From the NCBI GenBank assembly GCA_027492485.1, contig JAPUER010000079.1, forward strand, positions 161,844 to 225,843: a stretch of DNA of 64,000 nucleotides, given 5' to 3'. The translations under genes were made by a program, and so were the position numbers. The notes beneath the pieces were generated by a model that saw only the letters and a list, made by a program, of their open reading frames with translations, did no database searches and was not told the DNA's origin. Below, piece by piece: positions 10,108 to 19,677 of the stretch. Origin of the DNA: Betaproteobacteria bacterium (GTDB taxonomy: Bacteria > Pseudomonadota > Gammaproteobacteria > Burkholderiales > Casimicrobiaceae). Within the stretch, counting starts at the first letter, position 1. Every line of letters begins with the position of its first letter.

Positions 10108-10303
10108 GCTCGCGCTCCACCGCTGCTAGCGGGATGGCTTTGCGGTTCTTTCGACTGCGTGCTTCGGCGAGGTAAAAGTCTTCCAGATCATCGATGTATT
10201 CGAGGATCGCTTCGCGGGCGAGCGTGGTCTTCGTCCGTCCAGACTCCTGTGCGATGTGTGCAAGGCGAGTTTCTATTTCTTCAGGAAGGCGGATGGCGAG
10301 CAA
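10091..10303 (-). CDS. RHH antitoxin (RelB/CopG-like)
   Basis: MLAIRLPEEIETRL...GRTKT..AREAI..YIDDLED; 70 aa, directly upstream of the toxin. Confidence 0.85.
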   Translation of the reverse strand: MLAIRLPEEIETRLAHIAQESGRTKTTLAREAILEYIDDLEDFYLAEARSRKNRKAIPLAAVERELGLAD

Positions 10304-10346
10304 TTTCGTATCCTCTTTGTTGCGGCGCTATACGTGTATAGCGATT

Positions 10347-11612
10347 TTACATCACGCCTTCGAACATCTGCACATCGACAACCGATCCCGGTTCGACGTT
10401 TCCCGTTTCCGTGCTGAGCACGACGAAACAATTGGCCTGCACCATCGAGGAGAGGATGCCCGAACCCTGATCGCCGGTGGTGCGCACCTCGTAGCCGGCC
10501 GCGCCCATGGTCAGCACGCCGCGCTGGAACTCGGTGCGACCGGGCAGTTTTTTCACTTTATTGGTCAGCGTGGCCTTGCATGTGGGCGGCAGCGCGTAGT
10601 CGGTACGCCCTTGCAACGTGGCGAGCGCGGCGCGCACGAACTGGTAGAAGGTGACAGTCACCGCAACCGGGTTGCCCGGCAGGCCGAAGAAGTAAGCGCC
10701 GCCGACCTTGCCCACCGCCATCGGCCGTCCCGGCTTCATGGCGATCTTCCAGAACAGCACTTCGCCCATCTCGTTGAGCATTTGCTTGATGAAATCCGCT
10801 TCGCCGACGCTGACGCCGCCGCTGGTGATGATCACGTCGGCCTGTGCCGACGCGGTGGCAAAGGCGCTGCGAATGACCGCCGGATCGTCGACGAAGTTGC
10901 CGAGATCGATCGGCTGGCAGCCCGCGCGCTCGAGCATGCCGTAGATCGTGTAGCGGTTGCTGTCGTAAATTTCGCCCGGACCGAGCGCCGTGCCCACGGT
11001 CTTGAGCTCATCGCCGGTCGAGAAGAAGGCCACGCGCAGCTTGCGGTACACGCTGACCTCGGCAATACCCAGGCTCGCCAGCAAGCCGATCGCAGCCGGG
11101 CCGATCAATGTCCCTTTGGGCAGCGCGATGGCCCCTGTCTTCAGGTCTTCGCCGCGAAAACGGCGGTTCTGTCCTGACTTTAAATCTTTCGGGATGTGTA
11201 CGCCGGCGTCGTCGACCGCGACGCGCTCCTGCATCGCCACCGTGTCGCAATCGGCCGGCATCACGGCACCGGTAAAGATGCGCACACATTCGCCGCGGCC
11301 CACCGGGCCGAGCCAGGGTTTGCCGGCGTAGCTGGTGCCGACGCGCGTCATGGTCGTGGTGCCTTCGCCGGCGCCGACGTCGGCGTGCCGATAGGCCCAG
11401 CCATCCATCGCCGAATTGTCGTGTCCCGGTACGTCGATTGGCGAGATGATGTCCTGCGCAGCGACGCGTCCGAGCGCGGCGCGAATGTGCAGCCGCTCGG
11501 AAACGTCGATCGGGGCCAGAAACTTGCCGATGAACGCCCGCGCCTTGTCGACCGGCATCGAGTTGGGATCGTAGTCGTCGGCGCAGGAAAGTTCGCGGAT
11601 GGTAGCGGCCAT
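10347..11612 (-). CDS. moeA: Molybdopterin molybdotransferase
   Basis: DNSAMDGWA, RIFTGAVMP, STGDEL, TSGGVSVG, MKPGRP and GLPGNP motifs. Confidence 0.96.
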   Translation of the reverse strand: MAATIRELSCADDYDPNSMPVDKARAFIGKFLAPIDVSERLHIRAALGRVAAQDIISPIDVPGHDNSAMDGWAYRHADVGAGEGTTTMTRVGTSYAGKPWLGPVGRGECVRIFTGAVMPADCDTVAMQERVAVDDAGVHIPKDLKSGQNRRFRGEDLKTGAIALPKGTLIGPAAIGLLASLGIAEVSVYRKLRVAFFSTGDELKTVGTALGPGEIYDSNRYTIYGMLERAGCQPIDLGNFVDDPAVIRSAFATASAQADVIITSGGVSVGEADFIKQMLNEMGEVLFWKIAMKPGRPMAVGKVGGAYFFGLPGNPVAVTVTFYQFVRAALATLQGRTDYALPPTCKATLTNKVKKLPGRTEFQRGVLTMGAAGYEVRTTGDQGSGILSSMVQANCFVVLSTETGNVEPGSVVDVQMFEGVM

Positions 11613-11677
11613 GAGGTGAGACGGCGGAAAGACGAAGCGGGAAGTTTATGCCGCCGGCGGCGCGACGACGCAGTGGC

Positions 11678-12592
11678 CTAGGCGGTCGCCATCGCCGCGG
11701 GCATTCGCGGCACCACGCGCAGCGACGCGGGCAGCACGTCGATCAGCAGATGCGGTGTCTCGCCGAGGTATTCGCCATCGACGGCGATGGGGACGTCCGG
11801 CGTCGCATGGATTTCGAGCCCCTGAAACGGGTTGCTGTGCAGGCGCGGGTCACTGAGATGCTTGCCCGCCATAAGCCGCGGCAGCATCGCCATCGCGCTG
11901 CCGCGACTGAAACGCCCTGCCACCAGCAGATCGAGTTTGCCATCGGTGATGCTGGCATGCGGCACTGCCGGGATGCCGCTGCCGAAACTCGGCGTGTTCA
12001 GCGCGGAGGCAAACAGCGCCACACCGGCGCGCAATGGCCTGCCCTCGCAATGCACGGTCAGGGCCCAGTGCCGCAACGCGATCAGTTCGCGCAGCGTCGC
12101 CAGCACGTAGCGTGGCAGGCCGCGCAGCCAGCGCGGGCCGTTGAGCGCGCGCAGCGCGACGGCGGAATCGAAACCGCAGGTGCAACTGGCAAGAAAAGGC
12201 ACCTCGCGATCGGCAAAGGTCGCGACACCGGCATCCATGACCGCTGCCGGCGCGCCGAGCGCGTGGCTGAGCGCGTCCGGCCACGGCATGTTGTACAGGC
12301 CCAGCGCACGGGCGACGTCGTTGCCGCTGCCGAGCGGCACGATGCCCAGTTCGCGCCCGGCGCGCAGCATTGGCGGCAACATGCGGTTGATGGTGCCATC
12401 GCCGCCGATCAGCACGATGCGTGCGTTGTCCGCCGTATCTTCGATGAGCGCGTGTGCCTCGGGGATGGTACCGGCGACCACGAAGCGCGCGCCGGGGTGA
12501 TCGGTGCGGATTCGGGTGCGGATGGCATCTTCCAGCTTCGCGGCGCGGCCACCGCCGGCGAAGGGATTGAGCAGGACTAGCGCTGAGCTCAT
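11678..12592 (-). CDS. Diacylglycerol/lipid kinase family protein (YegS/BmrU-like)
   Basis: LLNPFAGGG, GGDGT, PLGSGNDVARALG and VDGE motifs. Confidence 0.9.
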   Translation of the reverse strand: MSSALVLLNPFAGGGRAAKLEDAIRTRIRTDHPGARFVVAGTIPEAHALIEDTADNARIVLIGGDGTINRMLPPMLRAGRELGIVPLGSGNDVARALGLYNMPWPDALSHALGAPAAVMDAGVATFADREVPFLASCTCGFDSAVALRALNGPRWLRGLPRYVLATLRELIALRHWALTVHCEGRPLRAGVALFASALNTPSFGSGIPAVPHASITDGKLDLLVAGRFSRGSAMAMLPRLMAGKHLSDPRLHSNPFQGLEIHATPDVPIAVDGEYLGETPHLLIDVLPASLRVVPRMPAAMATA

Positions 12593-12608
12593 GACCGGCA
12601 TTCGCGTC

Positions 12609-13172
12609 TCACCACATCAGATGCAGGTCGCGCTCGCGCACCCAATCGCCTTCATCGCCGGAGCCATTGTCGCGGATGATGGTGACGGTGCGCAGCACAT
12701 CGCGGAACGATTCGCGGGTGATCACTGCCGCGGCGGTGCACAGCGCCTCGTAGCGATCGGCCGCGGTCGCCTGCGCCAGCGTAATGTGCGGCGTGTAGTC
12801 GAACTCCTGGCGCAGGAACTCTTCCAGCGGACCACGATAGAGGCGGTCGTGCATCTCGACGATGGCGTCGCTGCCCACCTGGGTGCCGATGCCGATGAAC
12901 TCGTTCTGCGCCGACCAGAAACCGTGCATCACGACGGGAAAACATGGCCACGCGCGCAGTACCTTCTGCGCATGTGCGGTAATCTGCTCCAGCGTCAGCC
13001 GCGAGTGAAACGGAAAGACCAGCGTCAGATGCGGCGGCAGCGATTGCGCCTGCGGGTCGTGCAGACCGCGGAAACGGTCGATGGCTTTCTGGTTTGCAAA
13101 TTGCGGGAACCACACGATCGCGCGCCGCGGCAGCGACGGACGCAGGATGTAGGTGAGTTTCTTGCGGACCAC
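12609..13172 (-). CDS. 2H phosphoesterase / 2'-5' RNA ligase family protein
   Basis: Two HxT motifs: PHLTLVFPF and PHITLA. Confidence 0.85.
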   Translation of the reverse strand: MVRKKLTYILRPSLPRRAIVWFPQFANQKAIDRFRGLHDPQAQSLPPHLTLVFPFHSRLTLEQITAHAQKVLRAWPCFPVVMHGFWSAQNEFIGIGTQVGSDAIVEMHDRLYRGPLEEFLRQEFDYTPHITLAQATAADRYEALCTAAAVITRESFRDVLRTVTIIRDNGSGDEGDWVRERDLHLMW

Positions 13173-13237
13173 GCCTCATTCATAGCGCAATGCTGTGTTT
13201 CCGGCGCCGCGGCGCGGCACCACGCCGTCGGTGGCGG

Positions 13238-13900
13238 CTACGGTTTTCGCTCGTGCGCCTGCAGCTCGTCGAGCGTGTTGATGTTGGCGAATGCCGTTTC
13301 GTCGGCGAATTCGACTTCGGCCACGCGATGCGTGGAGTACCAGGCGTCGACCTTGCGGCCACCGCCGGCGAGGAAGGCGGTCAGACTCGGCAGCAGGGCG
13401 ACGTTGTAGAGCGCAAAGACCGGTTGCGCGAATCCGCCCGAGCGGACCACTGCCAGATCGGCAATCGCTGCTGCCATTGCGGCATGCAGACGCGCCACGA
13501 GATCGAGCGGCAGGAACGGCGAGTCGCAGGGCGCGGTGACGATCAACCCGGTCGTGCACGCACGCATGCCCGCGTGCAGCCCCGCGAGCGGCCCGGCGAA
13601 GCCGCCGACTTCGTCGCCGATGACCGGAAAACCGAACGCGGCATAGGCGTCGGTATTGCGGTTGGCGTTGATCAGCAGCGGCCCGACCTGCGCTGCCAGG
13701 CGCTCGATGACGTGGGTCACCATCGGCTTGCCGCGAAACGCCACCAGCCCCTTGTCGCGCGATTGCATGCGCCGGCCCATGCCGCCGGCGAGGACGAGGC
13801 CGGTGATCTGCGCATCGCGCAACGGCGAAAGACGAAGGACGGCGGACGGATCGGCGACAGAGCGGTTGCCGTCCGCACGATCTTTGCCGTCATTCGTCAT
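13238..13900 (-). CDS. mobA: Molybdenum cofactor guanylyltransferase
   Basis: LAGGMGRRM..DKGL, FAGPLAG, APCDSPFLP and FANINT motifs; true start uncertain because of a heptamer repeat at the 5' end. Confidence 0.92.
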   Translation of the reverse strand: MTNDGKDRADGNRSVADPSAVLRLSPLRDAQITGLVLAGGMGRRMQSRDKGLVAFRGKPMVTHVIERLAAQVGPLLINANRNTDAYAAFGFPVIGDEVGGFAGPLAGLHAGMRACTTGLIVTAPCDSPFLPLDLVARLHAAMAAAIADLAVVRSGGFAQPVFALYNVALLPSLTAFLAGGGRKVDAWYSTHRVAEVEFADETAFANINTLDELQAHERKP

Positions 13901-13918
13901 GTCGTCACTCGTCCTTCG
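13828..13918. repeat. Inverted pair of heptameric (GACGAAG/TGACGAA-like) short tandem repeats
   Basis: AAAGACGAAGGACGGCGGACGG ... CCGTCATTCGTCATGTCGTCACTCGTCCTTCG. Confidence 0.6.
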
Positions 13919-14786
13919 CAGCCGCGAATGCGGCATCGAAAACAAACCGCCCCGGATCGTTGAACAGCAGGAAATGCTGGTTGACGGCGCGGCCAATCAT
14001 GGTCATCCCCACCTGCCGGGCGATTTCATAACCCATCTGCGTCAGGCCCGAACGCGAGACGAGGAACGGCACGCCCATCTGCGCCGCCTTGATGACCATC
14101 TCGCTGGTCAGCCGGCCGGTGGTGTAGAAGATCTTGTCGCTGCCGTCCACGCCGTCGAGCCACATCATGCCGGCGATCGCGTCCACCGCGTTGTGGCGGC
14201 CGACGTCCTCGACGAAGTAGAGCAGTTCGGGGCGACTGTCGAACAGCGCGCAGCCGTGCACCGCGCCGGCCTGCTTGTAGATGGTCTCGTGCGTGCGCAC
14301 CAGATTGGCCAGCGCATAGAGCGTGCTCTGCGTGAGCCGGACACCGTCCGTCGCTGTGGGCAGATGGATGCTGTCGATGTCGGCCATCAGATCGCCGAAT
14401 ACCGTGCCGCTGCCGCAGCCGGTGGTCTTGGTGCGATGCGCCATTTTGGCGTCGAGATCGGTCAGACCGTGGCGGGTGTAGACCGCAGCGGCGTTGACGT
14501 CCCAATCGACCTGCACGGCGACGATGTCCTCGATCGCATCGACCAGCCGCTGGTTGCGCAGGTACCCAATAACCAGCGCTTCCGGCGCCGCACCCAGTGT
14601 CATCAGCGTGAGGATTTCGCGCTTGTCGACGTAAACCGTCAGCGGATGCTCGCCGGCAACCGCCGCAGTGCTCGATACGCCGTGTTCGTCCCGGGTGGCG
14701 ACTACGAACGTCGCCGGACGGGCGCTTTGCGTGAGTTGCGGCCGGTAGCCAGTGCTGGTCGCGGGGCTGGCGGAAGCGTTGATCAT
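13905..14786 (-). CDS. fdhD: Formate dehydrogenase accessory sulfurtransferase
   Basis: EHPLTVY, TTGCGSG, GAVHGCA, EDVGRHNAVD and TTGRLTSEMV motifs. Confidence 0.93.
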   Translation of the reverse strand: MINASASPATSTGYRPQLTQSARPATFVVATRDEHGVSSTAAVAGEHPLTVYVDKREILTLMTLGAAPEALVIGYLRNQRLVDAIEDIVAVQVDWDVNAAAVYTRHGLTDLDAKMAHRTKTTGCGSGTVFGDLMADIDSIHLPTATDGVRLTQSTLYALANLVRTHETIYKQAGAVHGCALFDSRPELLYFVEDVGRHNAVDAIAGMMWLDGVDGSDKIFYTTGRLTSEMVIKAAQMGVPFLVSRSGLTQMGYEIARQVGMTMIGRAVNQHFLLFNDPGRFVFDAAFAAAKDE

Positions 14787-14847
14787 GCTGCGATGTTAGC
14801 GAGCGGCGCTTGGCCGTTGGCAGTGGCGGGCGACGACTGGCGCAGCT

Positions 14848-14967
14848 ATGACTTTGTCGTGAAATCCCCATTGCAAAAGGGCTACAAGCCGGAAATAGCC
14901 AAAAGTCGACTTTTGACCAAATCGCGCTGGTAGCCCAATTTGAATGGCGCTTTTACCTGAAAGCTAT
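14848..14967. repeat. Dyad intergenic element copy D (120 bp)
   Basis: 57-nt arm (…CATTGCAAAAGGGCT…), GTCGAC at 14905-14910, 57-nt arm (…AGCCCAATTTGAATG…GAAAGCTAT). Confidence 0.8.
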
Positions 14968-15100
14968 AGGTGCCATCGGCACCTGTGGCCGACGCTTGCC
15001 GGTCGGTTGTTCCAGGTCAAGGACGCCGACCTGCGCGCGGGTTAGGCGGAAGCCGCAACGTATGTGACAATCGCTGCAAATAGATGTATTTGGGTGACGT

Positions 15101-15667
15101 ATGTTGGACAAGGACGGCTTCCGGCCGAACGTCGCCATTGTGATTGCCAATCACAGAAACCAGGTTTTTTGGGGAAAACGGATACGTGAGCATTCCTGGC
15201 AGTTTCCGCAAGGCGGAATCAACCCTGGCGAAAGCCCGGAGGAAGCCATGTTCCGTGAGCTCCAGGAAGAGGTTGGCTTACGGCCGGAACATGTAAGGAT
15301 TCTCGGGAGAACCCGGGACTGGTTGCGCTATGAAGTGCCCTCCACGTGGATCAAGCGTGAATGGCGCGGCAACTATCGTGGACAAAAGCAGATCTGGTAT
15401 CTGCTGCGGCTGGTCGGGCGCGACAGCGATCTGAACCTGCGCGCAGACGCCAAGCCGGAGTTCGACGCCTGGCGCTGGAACGACTATTGGGTCGATCTCG
15501 ACGGCGTGATCGAGTTCAAGCGCGATGTCTACCGGCGGGCGCTGAACGAGCTTGAGCGCTATCTGCATCAGGGCAAGCCGTATTCGCGCCGCGAGCGCCT
15601 GTACGGCCCGGCGATGCATTCGCCGCCGGAGGGCTACCAGTTGCCGCTGACGCAGTCGCGCGAGTAG
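15101..15667 (+). CDS. rppH: RNA pyrophosphohydrolase
   Basis: [18 protein letters not shown], Nudix box [15 protein letters not shown] and PEFDAWRW. Confidence 0.97.
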   Translation: MLDKDGFRPNVAIVIANHRNQVFWGKRIREHSWQFPQGGINPGESPEEAMFRELQEEVGLRPEHVRILGRTRDWLRYEVPSTWIKREWRGNYRGQKQIWYLLRLVGRDSDLNLRADAKPEFDAWRWNDYWVDLDGVIEFKRDVYRRALNELERYLHQGKPYSRRERLYGPAMHSPPEGYQLPLTQSRE

Positions 15668-15807
15668 CAATTGAAAAAACGGTTGCAATGCCTTCGACAT
15701 AAGACACCCAATCAAGTCGAAGAACAGCACGTTGATCAGCGAAAACCCACCGACCATACTATCCAAAGAAACTAGACCAGTACGCCGGCACGCCCAATAG
15801 GCTGACG

Positions 15808-16632
15808 ATGATTTCTGCAACGCCTTCCCCGAACCCTTCGCGTTCGACCGACTCGTTCGATCCGATCGAGCGAGTCGCGAACCGGGTGGCAGGGGCGGCG
15901 TTTTCGCCGCATCGGCACGATACTTACACTGTCGCTCTGACTGTCGCTGGGGTGCAATCGTTCAACTATCGGGGGGCGATGCGACATTCGCTGCCTGGGC
16001 AGGTGCTAATCCTCCATCCCGACGAATTGCACGATGGTCACTGCTGCGATGAGGCGGGATTCAGTTACCGGGCAGCCTATATTCCGCCAGCCCATGTGCA
16101 GACGGTGCTTGGAGGGGCGGAGTTGCCGTTTGTGTCCAGTGGCGTCTCGACGAATCCAGCCTTGATCGCGGCGGCCATGAGCGTGGTCATCGACTGCGCG
16201 GTCGTCGGGGATCCCGGTGCTTATGAGGATGCACTCTACGATCTGGCACAAGCCATGAACGACGTGGCTGGCAAAGTGGCAACCGTCAGGATCGCCAACC
16301 GAACAGCCGTCATGCGCGCGCGCGAATTTCTCGACACCGCTGTTGTTGTCGGCGCGCGACTTGACGAACTTGAACACGTGACTGGCTGTGACCGCTGGCA
16401 GCTTTCGCGCGATTTCCGAGCGTTGCTTGGCACCAGTCCCTATCGCTATCTGCAATACCGGCGGGTCGATCTCGCCAAGCGACTATTGCGAGAAGGCGCG
16501 AAGCTGGCTGACGCTGCCCATGGCGCTGGCTTTGCCGATCAGAGTCATTTTGGCCGTACATTCCGCAAGACCGTTGGTCTTACGCCAAAGGAGTGGCTTC
16601 GTTCGGACTTGTTCCGCACGATCGTTCTATAG
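15808..16632 (+). CDS. AraC family transcriptional regulator
   Basis: HRHDTY cupin arm, LHPDELHDG, C-terminal GFADQSHFGRTF HTH. Confidence 0.92.
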   Translation: MISATPSPNPSRSTDSFDPIERVANRVAGAAFSPHRHDTYTVALTVAGVQSFNYRGAMRHSLPGQVLILHPDELHDGHCCDEAGFSYRAAYIPPAHVQTVLGGAELPFVSSGVSTNPALIAAAMSVVIDCAVVGDPGAYEDALYDLAQAMNDVAGKVATVRIANRTAVMRAREFLDTAVVVGARLDELEHVTGCDRWQLSRDFRALLGTSPYRYLQYRRVDLAKRLLREGAKLADAAHGAGFADQSHFGRTFRKTVGLTPKEWLRSDLFRTIVL

Positions 16633-16663
16633 CCGTCTTCGGCGGGCGGTTAGCCTGCGCGAC

Positions 16664-17578
16664 ATGACACAGACTATCTTTTCCGACGAGACGCCGAAGG
16701 GCTGGATACCGCCGAGTATCGCCGCTCCCTTTATCTGCATTCTCCTCTTTGCAGTCAGCATGCTGCCGTTCGATTTCGGACTCACATATCTCGGCTTTAC
16801 TGACGCGAAGGGTTCGCCGCGGGGGCCTTTGGGCTTTTGCCTCCTTCTGGCTTCGTTCAGCGCCGTGGGGCTTGCGGTTTATGGCTGGGTGCGCTGGGTC
16901 GAAAAGAGAAGCCTCGAAAGTGTTGGACTTCGCGGCGAACAACGGCTCAACAAGTTCCTGATCGGACTGGCCGGAGGCATTGCCACGATGGGCGCGATCG
17001 TGACGGCGATAACACTTTCCGGTGGATACCGTGTCGCTGATCCGGCCCCCGCCTTTGCCAGCCCTGCTGCGCTCGGCTGGATCGCGCTGTTGCTCGCCGG
17101 CTTCTCCGTGCAAGCGAGCGTGGAGGAGTTCGTTTTTCGCGGCTGGTTGTTCTCAACCGTCATGCGGCGTTGGAACACGACTGCCGCCTTCATATTGACG
17201 TCCGCCGCCTTCACCTTTCTTCACCTATCGCCCAGAACACCGCTGTTGATGTTGACCATGACTTTCGTCTTTTCGATTTTCGCCTGCGCTTGGGTGCGTC
17301 GTTCGAATTCGCTCTGGGGGGTGATGGGCTGGCACACCGGGTGGAATTGGTTAGGGGGCACTGGCTTTGATGTGCCGATTACGGGTTTGGAGAGCGGTCT
17401 ACCCGCCCTGGTGGTGAAATTGGTGCCTGTCGGGCCGGCCTATCTCAATGGTGCCGGGAACGGGCCGGAAGGAAGTGTGTTCACGGTTGCCCTGCTGACC
17501 GTGGCTAGCCTGAGTCTTCTGTTGCTGGCAAGGTCGCGCAAACGAAACGATCCGCCACGTCCAGCACACCAACCCTAG
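16664..17578 (+). CDS. CPBP/Abi (CAAX-type) intramembrane metalloprotease
   Basis: EEFVFRG, FTFLH and WHTGWN motifs; start trimmed to MTQTIF. Confidence 0.88.
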   Translation: MTQTIFSDETPKGWIPPSIAAPFICILLFAVSMLPFDFGLTYLGFTDAKGSPRGPLGFCLLLASFSAVGLAVYGWVRWVEKRSLESVGLRGEQRLNKFLIGLAGGIATMGAIVTAITLSGGYRVADPAPAFASPAALGWIALLLAGFSVQASVEEFVFRGWLFSTVMRRWNTTAAFILTSAAFTFLHLSPRTPLLMLTMTFVFSIFACAWVRRSNSLWGVMGWHTGWNWLGGTGFDVPITGLESGLPALVVKLVPVGPAYLNGAGNGPEGSVFTVALLTVASLSLLLLARSRKRNDPPRPAHQP

Positions 17579-17666
17579 TCGTTTCGCCCCACGAGACCCG
17601 TAGTCACCGGTGCAGCGTCGCGGTGGCCGCACGTAGGCACGCACGTGCGCAGAGGGCAACAGCCGG

Positions 17667-17693
17667 GTAGGGTGGGCAACTTGTTGCCCACGC
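17667..17693. repeat. GTAG-class REP-like palindrome (single)
   Basis: GTAG-GGTGGGCAAC-TT-GTTGCCCAC. Confidence 0.6.
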
Positions 17694-17761
17694 TTCCCGC
17701 TTCGCGAGAATGGCTCCGACGCATCGAGTACCTCCACCGAGCGTAAAGAGGGCAGGCAGTA

Positions 17762-17789
17762 ACGAAAGGCCGCGTTTGCGGCCTTTCGT
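17762..17789. terminator. Bidirectional rho-independent terminator
   Basis: ACGAAAGGCCGC-GTTT-GCGGCCTTTCGT between convergent genes. Confidence 0.75.
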
Positions 17790-17807
17790 GCTCGTGCGGC
17801 AGGGATG

Positions 17808-18413
17808 CTAGAAGCGACCGCGCATCATACCGGCGCCGCCGGCGAGGGTGCCGATGACGACGCTGACGATCAGTGCGGCAACGATGTAGCAGACGACGAT
17901 CAGCGCGGTGTAGCCAATCGATTTGTCTTCCGGGTTTTTCATCAGCACCGGCAAACCGATGTAGAGCAGATAAAGTCCGTACAGCGCGGCAAGAATGCCG
18001 AGCACGCCGAGCATCGGAACCAGCGACAGCACGCCCGCCAGCCACACCGGGGTCGACGAATAGATCACCAGCTTCAACGCCTGGACCAGATTCTTCTCGC
18101 CGCTGAAGGTTGGCGCCAGCGCGTTGACGATCATCGCGACGAGATAGATCACGGCCAGGCCGAGCACATAGCCGATGACCAGCTGCGCCAGCGCGGCTGC
18201 GATCGGCGTGCGGATGGTACCGACGATCGGCATCGATACGCCGATCACGGTCATGCCGATGAAGCCACAAATTGCCGGAATCAGCGCCAGAATCGCGGCA
18301 TAACCGATGTAAAGCGATTTCACGTCAGCCGTCTCGGCGGCGATCTTCGGCCATTCGGTCTTGGGTGACAGGCAAATGCCTTTCGCGCGTTCAATCAACT
18401 TTGCTAAATCCAT
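17808..18413 (-). CDS. Yip1 family membrane protein
   Basis: LSPKTEW..I N-terminus, five TMs, YGLYLLYIGLP motif. Confidence 0.88.
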   Translation of the reverse strand: MDLAKLIERAKGICLSPKTEWPKIAAETADVKSLYIGYAAILALIPAICGFIGMTVIGVSMPIVGTIRTPIAAALAQLVIGYVLGLAVIYLVAMIVNALAPTFSGEKNLVQALKLVIYSSTPVWLAGVLSLVPMLGVLGILAALYGLYLLYIGLPVLMKNPEDKSIGYTALIVVCYIVAALIVSVVIGTLAGGAGMMRGRF

Positions 18414-18582
18414 CGTACTGTTCCCCTGAAAAGATGGTTGGAATCGGTGTCAGTGATAAGACGAAAGTCGCCGCGGGAGAGCGTCACCCGCCGGAGTGCC
18501 GTGAGTGTATGCCGGATCACTGGCACTGAACAGATCGCAAATCGGATGCTGCGGATGGCCGATACAGGCGGCAAGCGACGCT

Positions 18583-19677
18583 TCACGGTTTGTCGTGCGG
18601 CCCGTTATCCATCGTGCCAACGGCGTGGGCCATTGGCGGCGATGCATTGCCGTCGACCATCTGACGGCGAATACTGACGCGATGCTCGTCATCGGTCGAT
18701 CGCTCGCTCCAGGCGACCATGCGGCCTGCCAGATCGATGCTGGCGTGATCGATGTTCCCCTGCGGGCCGCTGGCGAGCGTCAGCCGTCGTCCAGTGGCGA
18801 AATCGATCCAGTCGAGCGACTCGTTCTGCTCCTGGCGCTGATGCAACAGGCCGTAGCGCCCATTGCCCGAGAGCGATCGCAGGCGGACGTTGGGGCTGGC
18901 GGCAACGGTGTACAGGCGCCGACCATCTGGCCAGCGAACCACCGACAGCGAGTCTCCGGCGTAGCGCTTGACGAAACGCGCTCCCGGCACAAAGGTGGTT
19001 TCGTCGGCGCTGGCCCAGGCAGGTGCGGCGGCGCGCGTCAGCCGCGGCACGGCCCAGATACCTCTGCCGGCATCGGCCTGGTCGCTCAGGTCGAAATTCA
19101 GCAGCGATTTACCGTCCGGCGCGAAGCCGATTTCGACGTTGGCGCCGATGGTCGTTTCGGCGAGTTGTCTGCCGCGAAAACTGTAGAGCCGCAGTTTGCG
19201 GTTGCCGTCGGCGTCGCGGGTCGCCACCGCGATTTGCCGGTCGCGCACGTCGGCATCGACGATGCGGCCGCCGGCAATGCGGATGCTGGTCAGGCGCCGG
19301 CAGTTTCGCGGGTCGTACACGTGCAGCGTTGCGGCGGCAAGCGCTTCCCCGCGTACGCGTTCGAAAACGAAGCGGCGATCGAACGAGAAACTGGCGGGAG
19401 CGGTCAGCGTGCACAGCTTGTCGGGTGCGGAGGCGTCGTGTGGCCAGCGGTAAATGCCGGGTGAGCGGGCGCCCGGCGCGCTGATCAGCACGGTGAGTGC
19501 GCCGCTGTCGACGAACTCGACATCGACCAGTTCGCGCGACGTCAACGATTGCGCCGCGGCCGCGGCAGACAGCGTAAACGCCGAGCTTGCCGCCACGACA
19601 GCGGCGATCCACGCATCGCGGCGAGACGACACGCTAGGCAGCAAGATCGAGCAACACCGGCTGGTGGTCCGACGCAC
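18583..19677 (-). CDS. Hypothetical exported protein, probable beta-propeller
   Basis: Signal-like AAAAAQ followed by repeated blade-like strands (LHVYDP, LRLYSF, FAPDGKSL, LSGNGRY); start uncertain. Confidence 0.55.
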   Translation of the reverse strand: MRRTTSRCCSILLPSVSSRRDAWIAAVVAASSAFTLSAAAAAQSLTSRELVDVEFVDSGALTVLISAPGARSPGIYRWPHDASAPDKLCTLTAPASFSFDRRFVFERVRGEALAAATLHVYDPRNCRRLTSIRIAGGRIVDADVRDRQIAVATRDADGNRKLRLYSFRGRQLAETTIGANVEIGFAPDGKSLLNFDLSDQADAGRGIWAVPRLTRAAAPAWASADETTFVPGARFVKRYAGDSLSVVRWPDGRRLYTVAASPNVRLRSLSGNGRYGLLHQRQEQNESLDWIDFATGRRLTLASGPQGNIDHASIDLAGRMVAWSERSTDDEHRVSIRRQMVDGNASPPMAHAVGTMDNGPHDKP

